64,000 nt of DNA from Desulfobacterales bacterium (GCA_963668645.2 CAXXWC010000018.1:288001-352000); one strand, 5' to 3'; positions 28,008 through 38,638 are shown, counted from the stretch's first letter. Notes: generated by a model not told the origin, from the sequence alone. A program made the numbers and translations.

Positions 28008-28850
28008 TTAAAGAAGTGCGTTGAGCTTCTCCAACTCTCCAGCCACCATCTTGTAGGCGTGCTCTTCCCGGGGAAAATCGCCTTTGCGGGTGTCCTGGGC
28101 GTACTGCTGGAAGGCTTCGACAGTTTTTTGGCCCAGATTTTCGTATTTTTTCACAAATTTAGGCGTGAATGCTTGGAAAATGCCCAGAACGTCGCTGCAG
28201 ATCATAAGCTGGCCATCCGCTTCCCATCCAGCACCGATGCTGTAAACAGGAATACTCAGTTTGTCGCGAATGATGCCGCAAACTTCCGGCGGGACCGCTT
28301 CGACCAACAGGGCAAAGGCACCGGCGGCCTCGATAGCTAGGGCGTCGTCGATGAGGTCCCTGGCGGCTTCGGCCGTTCGTCCCTGGGCCTTGAAGCCGCC
28401 AAGCATGCCTGAACTCTGGGGGGTCAGCCCGATGTGTCCCATTACCAGCATGCCGCCGTCAGCGATGGCCTGAATTTGAGCACATACACGGCGGCCGCCT
28501 TCCAACTTGATCGCATCGACGCCGGCTTCCTTGTGGAACCGGCCGGCATTGCGTACCGCGTCTTCGACGCTGACCTGATATGACAAAAAGGGCATGTCGC
28601 CGATGACGAAGGTGTTGGGCGCACCTCGGCGTACCGCTTCGCAGTGATAGATGCACTGATCCATGGTGACCGGGACCGTGCCACTGTATCCGTAAATGCA
28701 CATCCCCAGGGAGTCGCCCACCAGAATCATGTCCATTCCGGCCTGTTCCGCGAACGAGGCCGTCCAGTAGTCGTATGCGGTCACCCAAACCGCTTTGTGG
28801 CCTTCGTTTTTCATCTTCAGCAGATCAAAACGCGTTATTTTTTTACTCAT
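28008..28850 (-). CDS. panB: 3-methyl-2-oxobutanoate hydroxymethyltransferase
   Basis: TAYD, ILVGDSLGM, GDMPFLSY, IKLEGG, GHIGLTPQ, KFVKKY. Confidence 0.93.
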   Translation of the reverse strand: MSKKITRFDLLKMKNEGHKAVWVTAYDYWTASFAEQAGMDMILVGDSLGMCIYGYSGTVPVTMDQCIYHCEAVRRGAPNTFVIGDMPFLSYQVSVEDAVRNAGRFHKEAGVDAIKLEGGRRVCAQIQAIADGGMLVMGHIGLTPQSSGMLGGFKAQGRTAEAARDLIDDALAIEAAGAFALLVEAVPPEVCGIIRDKLSIPVYSIGAGWEADGQLMICSDVLGIFQAFTPKFVKKYENLGQKTVEAFQQYAQDTRKGDFPREEHAYKMVAGELEKLNALL

Positions 28851-28898
28851 GGTGCCTTACCTCTTCTTTTACGTTATCGGTGAATTGCTAAATTTGAC

Positions 28899-29687
28899 TT
28901 AAAATCCCGGTGCTCCGATTTGGTTGGATATTTTCTGGCACAGCGCCAACAGCATGGTTTGGATCTTATCGATCTTATGATCGGTCATGCGCGGGGTAGG
29001 GCCGGATACGCTTATGGCATAGGAAGGTTTGCCCGTATAATCGAACACCGGCGCCGCTACGCACCGCAAACCGAGACTCAACTCTTCATCATCGAGCGCG
29101 TAGCCGCGTTGCCGGATTTGGGCCAGCTCGGCCTTCAGGCGCACTGGATCGGTTATGGTTTTGGGAGAAATCGTTGCCAGTTCGGTCGACGCGAGATAAG
29201 TATTGAATTCCGATTCCGGCAAAAAAGCCAATACGGCCTTGCCCAGTCCGGTGCAGTAGGCTGGCGCAACCGCTCCCATACCCACGTCGAGACGCAGGAT
29301 TTCAGTGCTGTTGATTTTATCCAGGTGTGCAATGGCCTTGCCGTTCCAGTGACCTAGGTTAACCGTCTCGCCGAAAGCCAGGGCGAGCTCTTGCATGTAA
29401 GGATGGGCTGTGTGTCGGATCTCGAAACCGGCGAGTTTTCGCATGCCCAATTCAAGAACCTTGAAGGTCAGCTGGAAACGTCCTTCAGCAGTTTTTTCCA
29501 GATATCCCAAATCCAGTAATGTTGTTAAAAACCGGTGGCTAACAGCCCGACTTGTGTTCATATGGACAGCGACTTTGGAGGCGGAGATGGCGCCCTCGGA
29601 AGCTATCAGTTCCAGGATATGAAGGCCTTTAGCCAGAGAGGAGATAAAATAATATTTTTCGCCTTTGGAGGGCATAAGCGACCTCAT
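28899..29687 (-). CDS. IclR-family transcriptional regulator
   Basis: SLAKGLHILE, GETVNLG, PAYCTGLGKAVLAF, GYALDDEE, CVAAPVFD. Confidence 0.92.
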   Translation of the reverse strand: MRSLMPSKGEKYYFISSLAKGLHILELIASEGAISASKVAVHMNTSRAVSHRFLTTLLDLGYLEKTAEGRFQLTFKVLELGMRKLAGFEIRHTAHPYMQELALAFGETVNLGHWNGKAIAHLDKINSTEILRLDVGMGAVAPAYCTGLGKAVLAFLPESEFNTYLASTELATISPKTITDPVRLKAELAQIRQRGYALDDEELSLGLRCVAAPVFDYTGKPSYAISVSGPTPRMTDHKIDKIQTMLLALCQKISNQIGAPGF

Positions 29688-29721
29688 GCAATGAGCATGG
29701 TTTGGAAAAGAAACGATCTAT

Positions 29722-29738
29722 GTCACACTATGTGTGAC
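29722..29738. promoter_or_regulatory. Palindrome upstream of the IclR-panB operon (candidate operator)
   Basis: GTCACAC-TAT-GTGTGAC, about 35 bp upstream of the IclR start. Confidence 0.5.
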
Positions 29739-30099
29739 TATGTATATGATAGATACATTAAACGATACGGATCCAAGTTGTCAAGTATTTTCAGCGGTTA
29801 AAAATATGACAGGGATTTGACGATAAGCATCTGGAAAATTAGTAAAAATAATTTTTCTGACTGGATTGCTGCGGGGCAACATCGAGTGAGAAGAGTTGAT
29901 ATTCATGAAGCCGGAGCGCACCCTTCGCGTCTCGTCTCGTAGAATAGGCCGCAAGGTGGAATGCTCCCGGTATCAGGAACCGGGCCGGTTTGACAGAATA
30001 CGGCCCCAGGGGGTAAAGCCTGGCAAGGCATTTGGAATTGTTGCCGTGCCCGAACGAAGGGAGCGGTATGGAGAGGTAAATGCGGAGGAACGTGCTTAA

Positions 30100-30414
30100 A
30101 TGGCGGTTTACGAGTATGAACATCTCGGCCCGGCCTGCCCGCGCGGCCGGATTTTCGAAGCGGTCCAGTCGATCCACGACGATTCGCTCACCGTCTGCCC
30201 AGACTGCGGCCGGCCCGTGCGCCGGTTGATTTCTCTGGTGGGGATCAGTACGCCCAAAGGCAACAGCGAGCTGCGGGACCTGGGATTTACCAAACTGGTC
30301 AAGCGCGACGACGGGGTCTACGAAAACGTCACCGCCCGCAACGGCGAGAGCCGCTACATGCAGCGTGGCCGGCCCGAAACCATGCCTGACCTGTCCAAGA
30401 CGATCAAAGATTGA
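30100..30414 (+). CDS. FmdB-family zinc-ribbon protein
   Basis: MAVYEYE, IFEAVQSIHDDSLTVCPDCGRPVRRLIS. Confidence 0.85.
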   Translation: MAVYEYEHLGPACPRGRIFEAVQSIHDDSLTVCPDCGRPVRRLISLVGISTPKGNSELRDLGFTKLVKRDDGVYENVTARNGESRYMQRGRPETMPDLSKTIKD

Positions 30415-30441
30415 GTCGTGTAACGGTCATTCCCACCTTGG

Positions 30442-31608
30442 TCACCGGTCATCCTTTGCCTGTTGGCTCGCCCGGCGCACCGCATCGGTGCCGAATCTGG
30501 CGGTGATCCCATCCACGGCCCGTTCGACCTTTTCCCAAGCGGCGTCGGTCCGGCGTACGCCGCTGAAAAGATCCGCCTGTACCGGGACTCCGGCCGGCAC
30601 CAGACCGGCCGCCCCCACCCCCACGAGGCGCACCGGTCGCGCCAGGCGGTATTCGGCCAGCAGCCCCACGGCGGCCTGGTGGATGGTGGTGGCGCTCTGG
30701 GTGGGGCTTTCCAGGGTTCGGCTGCGCGTGACCTGGCGAAAATCATCGTGCTTGAGTTTGAGCACCACCGTGCGGGCGCGAAATTCCTTGCGCCTCAGCT
30801 GGCGTGCCACTTCCGCGGCCTGGGCCAGGAGCAGGGCGGCCAGATCGGCCCGGTTGGCCGTATCTTCGGCCAGGGTCTGCTCTGCGCTGATCGACTTGGG
30901 ATCGCCGGCCGGTGTCACGGGCGACCGGTCCTCACCCCGGGCCAGGGCCGCCAGGCGCAAGCCGAATTTTCCCAGTCGCCGTAGGAGCTGGGCCTCGTTG
31001 AGGCGCTTGATGTCCCCCAGGGTGCGTATCCCCAGAGGGGCAAGGCGTTCAAGGGCCGCCGGCCCCACTCCGGGGACCCGGGAAAGGGGCAGGCGGTCGA
31101 TCAGCGCCGGCACCTCTTCGGGCCGGATCACGGTCAGGCCGTCGGGTTTGTCCATGTCCGAGGCGATTTTGGCCAGAAACTTGACCGGCGCAACGCCCAC
31201 CGAGCAGGTCAGGGCCACCTGCTCGCGCACCGCCGCCTTGATGCGCCGGGCGATTTCTTCGGGCGGACCGTAGATTCTGCGGCATCCGGTGACATCCAGA
31301 AAGGCCTCGTCGATGGAGACCGGCTCCACCAGGGGGGTGAACGTTTCCAGGAGCGCCATGATGCGGACGCTCACCTCCTTGTAGCGGCCCTTGCGCGGCC
31401 GGACCAGGACCGCCTGGGGGCACAGCTTGCGGGCCTGGAAGAGCGGCATGGCCGAGCGCACCCCGAAGCGGCGCGCCTCGTAGCTGGCCGCGGCCACTAC
31501 ACCGCGCGACGATGTGCCGCCCACAATGAGGCAGCGACCCTGGTAGGCCGGGTTGTCGAGCTGTTCCACCGAGGCGAAAAAAGCGTCCATGTCGATATGC
31601 AGGATCAT
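30442..31608 (-). CDS. dinB: DNA polymerase IV
   Basis: ILHIDMDAFFASVE, ASYEAR, SIDEAFLD, KIASDMDKPDG. Confidence 0.95.
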   Translation of the reverse strand: MILHIDMDAFFASVEQLDNPAYQGRCLIVGGTSSRGVVAAASYEARRFGVRSAMPLFQARKLCPQAVLVRPRKGRYKEVSVRIMALLETFTPLVEPVSIDEAFLDVTGCRRIYGPPEEIARRIKAAVREQVALTCSVGVAPVKFLAKIASDMDKPDGLTVIRPEEVPALIDRLPLSRVPGVGPAALERLAPLGIRTLGDIKRLNEAQLLRRLGKFGLRLAALARGEDRSPVTPAGDPKSISAEQTLAEDTANRADLAALLLAQAAEVARQLRRKEFRARTVVLKLKHDDFRQVTRSRTLESPTQSATTIHQAAVGLLAEYRLARPVRLVGVGAAGLVPAGVPVQADLFSGVRRTDAAWEKVERAVDGITARFGTDAVRRASQQAKDDR

Positions 31609-31744
31609 GTGCGGCTTGCCATGGTTTACAAAATTGTTATATACGAACGCTCATTAATCATTTCTGTTTGTCCGCGGTGCGATCGCACGGCGATTTGTTC
31701 GGCCGCCACTTCGCGCTAAGACGAACTTCAAGGAGTATGTTTGC

Positions 31745-33283
31745 ATGGCCCAGCCAACCCGGCCCATAAAGCGCATCGAGGACGTCACCCTGCTTTACGA
31801 GATCAGCCAGGCCCTCAACGAAAGCCTCGATCTGAAAAAGGCCCTCTATCGGGTCCTGGAAATTCTCGCCAGCGCCAAGCACTTGATCCGCGGCACCATC
31901 ACCATTCTCGATCTGGTGCGCAACGAAATCAATATCGAAGTCGCCCACGGGTTGCCGAGCCAGACCGTCCAGCGCGTCAAGTACAAGCTCGGTGAGGGGA
32001 TCATCGGCGACGTGATCGCCAACGGCAAGGCGGTTTCCATCCCGCGGATCAGCCAGGAGCCGCGTTTTCTGGACCGCGCCCGGCGCAGCAAGGAGGAACG
32101 CGAGTTTTCCTACATCTGCGTGCCGATCAAGAAAGGCAACCGGGTGGTGGGGGCACTGAGCGCCGATCGGGTTTTCGAGGGGCCGGTCCAGCTCAAGGAG
32201 AGCGAAAAGCTCCTTTCGGTGGTGGCCACCATGGTGGCCCAGCAGGCCATCAACCTTGAGAACATCCGTATGGAAAAAGAGAAGCTGCGCCAGGAAAATC
32301 TCAACCTGCGCAGCGAGCTGGCAAACAAGTACCGCATCACCAACATCATCGGCAACAGCAACAAGATGCGCGAAGTCTTCCAGATGATCAGCCAGGTGTC
32401 GCGCAGCAACGCCACGGTCCTGATCCGCGGTGAAAGCGGCACCGGCAAGGAACTTGTGGCCAACTCGATCCACTACAACAGCTCCCGCACCAAGGGACCC
32501 TTTGTCAAGGTGAACTGCGCCGCCATCCCGGTCAACCTGATCGAAAGCGAACTTTTCGGACATGAAAAAGGGGCCTTTACCGGTGCCATCAAGCAGAAGA
32601 TGGGCCGCTTCGAGCTGGCCCACCGCGGCACGATCTTTCTCGACGAGATCGGCTCCATCGGCCTGGACGTTCAGGCCAACCTGCTGCGGGTCCTCCAGGA
32701 GCGCGAGTTCGAGCGGGTGGGGGGTCACCGGACGATCAAGGTCGACGTGCGGGTGGTGGCCGCCACCAACAAGAACCTCGAACAGGCCGTGGAGGACGAA
32801 ACTTTTCGCGGTGACCTTTACTACCGGCTCAACGTCTTTCCCATCTACATGCCCCCGCTGCGCGAAAGAAAGACTGACGTCCTGCTGCTGGCCGATTTTT
32901 TTCTGGAAAAATACGGCCGTGAAAACGCCAAGGAGATCCGCCGCTTTTCCACCCCGGCCATCGACATGCTCATGGCCTACCACTGGCCGGGCAACGTGCG
33001 CGAGCTGGAAAACTGCATCGAACGGGCCGTGTTGCTTTGCGAAGAGGGGGTGATTCACAGCTACCACCTGCCGCCCACCCTGCAGACCGGCAGCGAGTCG
33101 AATACCCTGCCCAACCTCAGCCTGGAAGAGGCGGTGGCCAATCTCGAGCGCGAAATGCTCATCGACGCCCTCAAGAACACCCGCGGCAACATCACCCGGG
33201 CCGCAGAGCTGATCCAGACCACGGTGCGCAAGTTCAACTACAAGGCCCGGCGCTACGGGATCGATTATCGCCACTACCGTTAG
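31745..33283 (+). CDS. NifA-like sigma54-dependent activator (GAF-AAA+-HTH)
   Basis: GAF N-terminus, [24 protein letters not shown], Fis-type HTH. Confidence 0.9.
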   Translation: MAQPTRPIKRIEDVTLLYEISQALNESLDLKKALYRVLEILASAKHLIRGTITILDLVRNEINIEVAHGLPSQTVQRVKYKLGEGIIGDVIANGKAVSIPRISQEPRFLDRARRSKEEREFSYICVPIKKGNRVVGALSADRVFEGPVQLKESEKLLSVVATMVAQQAINLENIRMEKEKLRQENLNLRSELANKYRITNIIGNSNKMREVFQMISQVSRSNATVLIRGESGTGKELVANSIHYNSSRTKGPFVKVNCAAIPVNLIESELFGHEKGAFTGAIKQKMGRFELAHRGTIFLDEIGSIGLDVQANLLRVLQEREFERVGGHRTIKVDVRVVAATNKNLEQAVEDETFRGDLYYRLNVFPIYMPPLRERKTDVLLLADFFLEKYGRENAKEIRRFSTPAIDMLMAYHWPGNVRELENCIERAVLLCEEGVIHSYHLPPTLQTGSESNTLPNLSLEEAVANLEREMLIDALKNTRGNITRAAELIQTTVRKFNYKARRYGIDYRHYR

Positions 33284-33464
33284 GCCGGGGCGCAGGTGTT
33301 GAGCATCTGCGGCTTTCTGTGCCTCGACCCCGGGCCAGCCCTGCATCGTCGCAGTTGTCCCCGGCAACCGTTGCGGGCAATGGGCGTTGGCGACGCACCC
33401 CATAGCCGGGCGGGGGCGCCGGTGCCCGCCGGCCCGCCCCGGCACATGTACAAGCGCCCTTAAT

Positions 33465-33499
33465 TTGTATTGACAACTTGGCCAATAAAGCGGTACCCT
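33465..33499 (+). promoter_or_regulatory. Sigma70-like promoter with overlapping HutC/GntR-type operator
   Basis: TTGTATTGACAA palindrome (33465-33476) contains TTGACA. TACCCT follows 18 nt later. Confidence 0.55.
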
Positions 33500-33568
33500 C
33501 AAACAACTTCGATCCTGGCCCGGGGCGCTGTCGCCCTTTTCGGAAGAATTTTGGGGGCACCGAATCCT

Positions 33569-34300
33569 ATGCTCAATCCTGCATCACCCATGCCGCTGTA
33601 CCACCAGCTGGCCGAATTGCTGCTCTCCGAGATCCGCAAAGGCACCTACCCGCCCGGCAGCCGCATCCCCTCCGAGCATCAACTGGCCGCAACCTATCGC
33701 ATCGGCCGCCCCACGGCCCGCCAGGCCACCGATCTGCTCGTGCGCCGGGGCATCCTCGTGCGCCGACGCGGGTCGGGCACCTTCGTCAAGGAGCCGGAGC
33801 AGGAGGTGGATCTTTTTTCCCTGGCCGGCACCAGCGCCTCGTTCCTGCAAACCGGCGTGATTGTCAGCACCCGGCTTCTTTCGCGGCCCAAACGGCGCCA
33901 GATCGGCCGCAGCCCCCACAACCCCTTTGCCGGCCGGGAGGCTTTCTACTTTTCGCGCCTGAGCTTCACCGATCAGGTTCCGGTGCTCATCGAGGACTTC
34001 TATCTTGATCCCGACCATTTCGCAGGGTTGGATCAGATCGATATGGAGGGGCGCTCTCTGGCCCGGGTGGTCGCCGAGCACTACTACCTGCGGCCCACCG
34101 GAGGCCGCCAGACCTTTCGCATCGACTATCCTTCCGGGGTCCGGATGCGCCATCTGCAAGTCGAACCGCAAACCCCGATCCTGGCCGTGCGCCGCTACCT
34201 GAACTTTCCCCAGGCCCCGGCCGCCATCTACTCGGAGCTGTTCTGCCGTACGGACCGCTACGTTTTCGCCCAAAGTCTTGGAGCCCATGAAACCAGCTGA
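33569..34300 (+). CDS. GntR-family (HutC subfamily, UTRA domain) regulator
   Basis: PLYHQL, RIPSEHQLA, RRRGSGTFV, UTRA-like C-terminus. Likely start ATG 33569. Confidence 0.88.
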   Translation: MLNPASPMPLYHQLAELLLSEIRKGTYPPGSRIPSEHQLAATYRIGRPTARQATDLLVRRGILVRRRGSGTFVKEPEQEVDLFSLAGTSASFLQTGVIVSTRLLSRPKRRQIGRSPHNPFAGREAFYFSRLSFTDQVPVLIEDFYLDPDHFAGLDQIDMEGRSLARVVAEHYYLRPTGGRQTFRIDYPSGVRMRHLQVEPQTPILAVRRYLNFPQAPAAIYSELFCRTDRYVFAQSLGAHETS

Positions 34301-35540
34301 GAACGGATATTTCGGAGACTTCGGGGGCGCCTTCGTGCCCGAAATCCTCCAAGCCACTTTTGAGGAACTGCGTGCCGCCTTCGGTGCGGCGCGCCGGGAC
34401 CCGTCCTTTTGGCAAAGCTATCTCGATTTGATGGCCAACTACGCCGGAAGGCCCACCCCTTTGACCTTCGCCCCCAATCTGACGGCCCATTTCGGCGGGG
34501 CCCGGATCTTCATCAAGCGCGAGGACCTGAACCACACCGGCGCCCACAAGGCCAACAACGTCATGGGCCAGGGGCTGCTGGTGCAGCGTATGGGCAAGAC
34601 AAGGGTCATCGCCGAGACCGGGGCCGGCCAGCACGGGGTGGCCACGGCCACCATGGCGGCGCGCTTCGGCCTGGCCTGCACGATATACATGGGGGCGGTG
34701 GACGTCGAGCGCCAGCGGCCCAACGTCTTTTGGATGCAGCGTTTGGGTGCCGAGGTCGTCCCAGTGGAAGCCGGCAGCCGCATCCTCAAGGACGCCATCA
34801 ACGAGGCCTTCCGGGACTGGGTGACGCACATGGACACCACCCACTATGTGCTCGGCACGGCCTGCGGCCCGCACCCCTTCCCGGAAATGGTCAGCTATTT
34901 CCAGTCGATCATCGGCACCGAGGCCCGCGAGCAGATCCTGGCCCAGGCCGGCCGTCTCCCGGATCGGGTTTACGCATGCGTGGGGGGCGGATCCAACGCC
35001 CTGGGGCTGTTTCAAGGGTTCATGGACGATCCGGTGGAGCTGGTGGGCGTCGAGGCCGGCGGCCGGGGGCTGGCCTCGGGGCTCCATGCGGCCCGCCTGG
35101 CCTGGCCGGATGCCAGCGTCGGGGTGGCCCAGGGTTACAAGACCTACTTTTTGCAGAACGATGACGGCCAGATGCGCGAAACCCACAGCGTGGCCGCCGG
35201 GCTGGACTATATCGGTGTGTCGCCGATTTTATCCCATCTCAAGACCGCCGGCCGGGTGCGCTTCGAGGCCGCCACCGACGAGGAGGTCATTGCCGCCCTG
35301 GCGCTGAGCATGCAAAAGGAAGGGCTGGTACCGGCCCTGGAATCGGCCCACGCCTTCGTGCAGGCCTTCAAGGAGGCCCCAGCCCTGGACCGCGACGCCG
35401 TAATCATCATCAACCAGTCCGGCCGGGCCGACAAGGACATCTTCACCGTGGCCGACGCCTTCGACGATCCCCAGTGGCGTGAATTCATCGAAGAAAAGGC
35501 CGCCGCCTACCGCCGCCAGCGCGAGGGGCGGGGGGGATGA
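34287..35540 (+). CDS. trpB: Tryptophan synthase beta chain
   Basis: KREDLNHTGAHKAN, AETGAGQHG, CVGGGSNA, PALESAHA. Confidence 0.95.
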   Translation: MKPAENGYFGDFGGAFVPEILQATFEELRAAFGAARRDPSFWQSYLDLMANYAGRPTPLTFAPNLTAHFGGARIFIKREDLNHTGAHKANNVMGQGLLVQRMGKTRVIAETGAGQHGVATATMAARFGLACTIYMGAVDVERQRPNVFWMQRLGAEVVPVEAGSRILKDAINEAFRDWVTHMDTTHYVLGTACGPHPFPEMVSYFQSIIGTEAREQILAQAGRLPDRVYACVGGGSNALGLFQGFMDDPVELVGVEAGGRGLASGLHAARLAWPDASVGVAQGYKTYFLQNDDGQMRETHSVAAGLDYIGVSPILSHLKTAGRVRFEAATDEEVIAALALSMQKEGLVPALESAHAFVQAFKEAPALDRDAVIIINQSGRADKDIFTVADAFDDPQWREFIEEKAAAYRRQREGRGG

Positions 35541-35655
35541 CAGGCCGGATGATCCGATCCGTCGGATCTGGCGGATCCGACAACGGCGCTAAAGTGCTGT
35601 CTCAACGTTTGCTGGTTTTCGCCACTCGCAACTTTATCGACTTCAAAGGACCCCC

Positions 35656-36426
35656 ATGGACCTGACCGCCTACATCCGCCAGCGCCGGAATGAAAAGGGC
35701 CTGGCGCTCATGACCCATATCGTGCTCGGCTATCCTTCCTTCGACGTCTCCTACGACCTGGTGGGCGCCATGGTGGCGGCCGGGGTGGACCTGATGGAGC
35801 TGCAGATTCCCTTTTCCGAGCCCATCGCCGACGGTCCGGTGATCCTTCGGGCCAATCAGGAGGCCCTGGCGGCCGGGTCCACGGTGGATCGCTGCCTGGA
35901 CTTCGCGCGCCGTGTCGCAGCTGATTTTGACATCCCTTTTGTTTTTATGACCTACTACAACGTGCTGTTCAAGCGCGGGGTGGGGGATTTTGTACGCTCC
36001 ACGGCCCGGAGCGGATTGCACGGCGCCATCGTGCCCGATCTGCCTCCCGAGGAAGGCGCTGAATACCTCGATGCCATGGCGACCCATGGACTGCATCCGA
36101 TCCTGATTTTCTCGCCGACGTCTTCGGACCGGCGCATGGCCTACCTGGCCAAACATGCCGGCGGCTTTGTCTACTGCGTGGCCCGCAAGGGGGTGACCGG
36201 TGCCGAGACCGCCTTTAGCGAGTCGCTGGAGGATTATCTGGACCGCTGCCGGCGGTACACCGACTTGCCACTGGCGGTGGGGTTCGGCGTCAAGCAGAAG
36301 GAGGACATCGATTTTCTAAAGGGGCGAGCGGATATCGCGGTCATCGGCACCGAAACGATCCGCGTCATGGACCGCAACGGCCTGGACGGCGTCAAGGATT
36401 TTCTCGGCGGGCTGCGTTGCAGTTAG
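35656..36426 (+). CDS. trpA: Tryptophan synthase alpha chain
   Basis: ELQIPFSEPIADGPVI, MTYYN, VPDLPPEE, GVTGA, VGFGV. Confidence 0.93.
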   Translation: MDLTAYIRQRRNEKGLALMTHIVLGYPSFDVSYDLVGAMVAAGVDLMELQIPFSEPIADGPVILRANQEALAAGSTVDRCLDFARRVAADFDIPFVFMTYYNVLFKRGVGDFVRSTARSGLHGAIVPDLPPEEGAEYLDAMATHGLHPILIFSPTSSDRRMAYLAKHAGGFVYCVARKGVTGAETAFSESLEDYLDRCRRYTDLPLAVGFGVKQKEDIDFLKGRADIAVIGTETIRVMDRNGLDGVKDFLGGLRCS

Positions 36427-36550
36427 CCGCCCGCGACACGTATGGGGCTGCCCGGACGGGTGTGCGGCCAAATTCGTAACGCGCCGCATATTCAGGCATC
36501 TGAGAGCATTTTCGAAGAGGCTTGCCGGGCATCAAGGTCTAACCATATAC

Positions 36551-38089
36551 TTATAAAGCGATAAAGGCCGGCGACGCTTTCTGAGTCGCCGGCAGATAGA
36601 CGGCGACCCGGGTGCCGTGTCCGGTTTTCGACTCGACCTCGATCCATCCCCCATGGGCCGCCACGATCCACGCGGCGGCCGCTCCTCCCAGGCCGCGGCC
36701 GTATCCTTTGGTTGAAAAGAACGGATCGAAGAGCCGGCGGCGCGTTTCCTGAGTCATCCCGCATCCTTCATCTTCGATGCCCAACCGCAGGTAAATGCCT
36801 GCCGGCGCCCCGTCGGCCGGTGGCGTACCACAAAAGCGCCGACCGGTCAGACGGATCCGGCCGGACGCGCCCAGGGCCTCGGCCCCATTGCGGATCAGGT
36901 TGGACAGGGCCAGCTGGATCTGGGTGGCATCCGCCATCACGGTGGGCAGATCCGCGGCCAGGTCCGTCTCGATTCGGATCTGTCCGGCCAGCAGAGGGGT
37001 GATGCGCTCCAGGGTCTGTTGCACCAGGTTTGACGGCGCCACGGCGGCCACATCGTAGCGCTCGCCGGCCAGGTAAGCTTTCAGCTGTTCGAGGATGCGG
37101 GCGATCGGCTGGAGGCTTTGCGCGAGGTCTTCGGGCTGGCCGGCAGGATCTTTGGGGGGCTTGTCACAAAGATCGGGCTGCGTCAAAATTTCGTTTGCGG
37201 TCGCCAGTGCGGCTTCGAGCTGATGGGAGAGGCCTTTGACCAAAATGGAGAAGGCCTCCAGTCGTTGCAGGTGCTGGATCTGCATCTCCATTCGCACCCG
37301 CTCGGTGATGTCCCGCACGAACTCCACGACCTGGCGCACCTTGCCCGAGCCGGGAGCCTTGACCGGAAAACTGAACAGTTCGATCCATTGGACCGGCGAT
37401 CCCTTGGGACCGGGCACGACCTCGCGTTCCACCTGGCCGGTCTGGATGCAGCGCAGGCTCGGGCATGGATGGCAGGGCCCGATACGCTCGTGGTAGCATT
37501 CGTAGCAGCGTCGTCCCACGATGGCCCCCCGACCGGCGTACCACTGCTCCATGATGCGATTGACGCGCCGAATGGTCAGATCTGGATCCAGGATGCTGAT
37601 GCCTTCCTGAATGGTATCAAAAATGCTGTGAACAAATTCTTCCTGGGCCGTCAGGGCCGCCTCGGCCCACCGCTGTCCGGCCACGGCCGCCGCCAGAGCC
37701 TCCGGATCGATCCTGCGGCTGGAAGAGCCGGCCCGATCCTGATCTTGCAGTACCGCTTCAAAGAGGAGCGCCGTGCCGGTCTCGGTTCCCAGATCAATGG
37801 GCGAGGCGACGGCCCGCACCCGGCGTGGCGTGCCGCTGCGGGTCTGAAAATCGCACTCAAAGGCAGCGCTGGCACCGGCGCCATCCGCCGCATCGCAGCC
37901 CATGGGGCACCCGGGTGCGTTTAGACCGAACACTTCCCGGCAGCGGCGTCCCTCGATTTGCTCGAGGCGCCAGCCGGTGAGGCCAACGGCGGCCGGGTTG
38001 AGATAGATAACGGTCTTGCGGCTGTCACGCACCAAGACGGCGTGATTCAGACGGTCGAGAAAGGATCGGATCAATTCGGGAACGGCCAC
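36551..38089 (-). CDS. PAS-domain sensor histidine kinase
   Basis: Two PAS domains with Cys motifs, NLIRNG, DEGCGM, FDPFFSTK, GRGLG. Confidence 0.85.
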   Translation of the reverse strand: MAVPELIRSFLDRLNHAVLVRDSRKTVIYLNPAAVGLTGWRLEQIEGRRCREVFGLNAPGCPMGCDAADGAGASAAFECDFQTRSGTPRRVRAVASPIDLGTETGTALLFEAVLQDQDRAGSSSRRIDPEALAAAVAGQRWAEAALTAQEEFVHSIFDTIQEGISILDPDLTIRRVNRIMEQWYAGRGAIVGRRCYECYHERIGPCHPCPSLRCIQTGQVEREVVPGPKGSPVQWIELFSFPVKAPGSGKVRQVVEFVRDITERVRMEMQIQHLQRLEAFSILVKGLSHQLEAALATANEILTQPDLCDKPPKDPAGQPEDLAQSLQPIARILEQLKAYLAGERYDVAAVAPSNLVQQTLERITPLLAGQIRIETDLAADLPTVMADATQIQLALSNLIRNGAEALGASGRIRLTGRRFCGTPPADGAPAGIYLRLGIEDEGCGMTQETRRRLFDPFFSTKGYGRGLGGAAAAWIVAAHGGWIEVESKTGHGTRVAVYLPATQKASPAFIAL

Positions 38090-38638
38090 AGATCTTTCTC
38101 CCTGCCGTCCATGACGGTCGGACGACGCCGGTTTGTCCTGTTGCGGCGCGTGATGGAGTCGTATCTACCTAAACGCCGTCAGCCTGCGGACAAACGGGCG
38201 TCTCGGACCGCCTGCGGTGTTGGTGTCGTTATTGAAAATGCGCGCATCTATCTACAACAGGCGGCGCTTTTCGAATTCGGCCGTGCCGCGCCCGCCTGAT
38301 GCTTGTTTATCCTCAGGTCGTTGGGTGCTGTGAGGCAGCGTCGTGTGGGATTGGTTTGATCCTACCACCTCGGCCTGAACGGTGCAATCGAACTCCGGGC
38401 AGACCGGCAATTTTCGCTGAGTGCGGCTAAGGAGCGAAGACCCCGTGCTTTCTGTTCGCGCATGTGCTATCCACCCCCCTCTGTTATCAATGAACCCGTG
38501 GTGATTCACCTGGAGGCGTCTGGACGGGGCGGGACGCCGGTCCGTCGCGCAGGACGCCTGGAGGGACGCGACGTTCGACTTTTGCCTCACCGCGGAGCGG
38601 CATGGAGCCCAAAAGCTGAACAACGGAGCTTGCCGTTG

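Noticed and set aside
31610..31700. LexA/SOS box upstream of dinB
   Set aside because: Only a half-site-like GAAC and no convincing palindrome.
31745..33283. nifA as part of a nitrogen-fixation cluster
   Set aside because: The domain layout is NifA-like but no nif genes are in the window, so no symbol was assigned.
31658..33502. Long antisense ORFs (614 aa here; also 46610-48037, 52189-53559, 54764-56290, 39972-41381)
   Set aside because: Shadow frames opposite well-supported genes in GC-rich DNA, with no recognisable motifs.
38100..38630. Possible ncRNA or small gene between the histidine kinase and the MFS gene
   Set aside because: No recognisable tRNA, 6S or riboswitch consensus and no convincing ORF.
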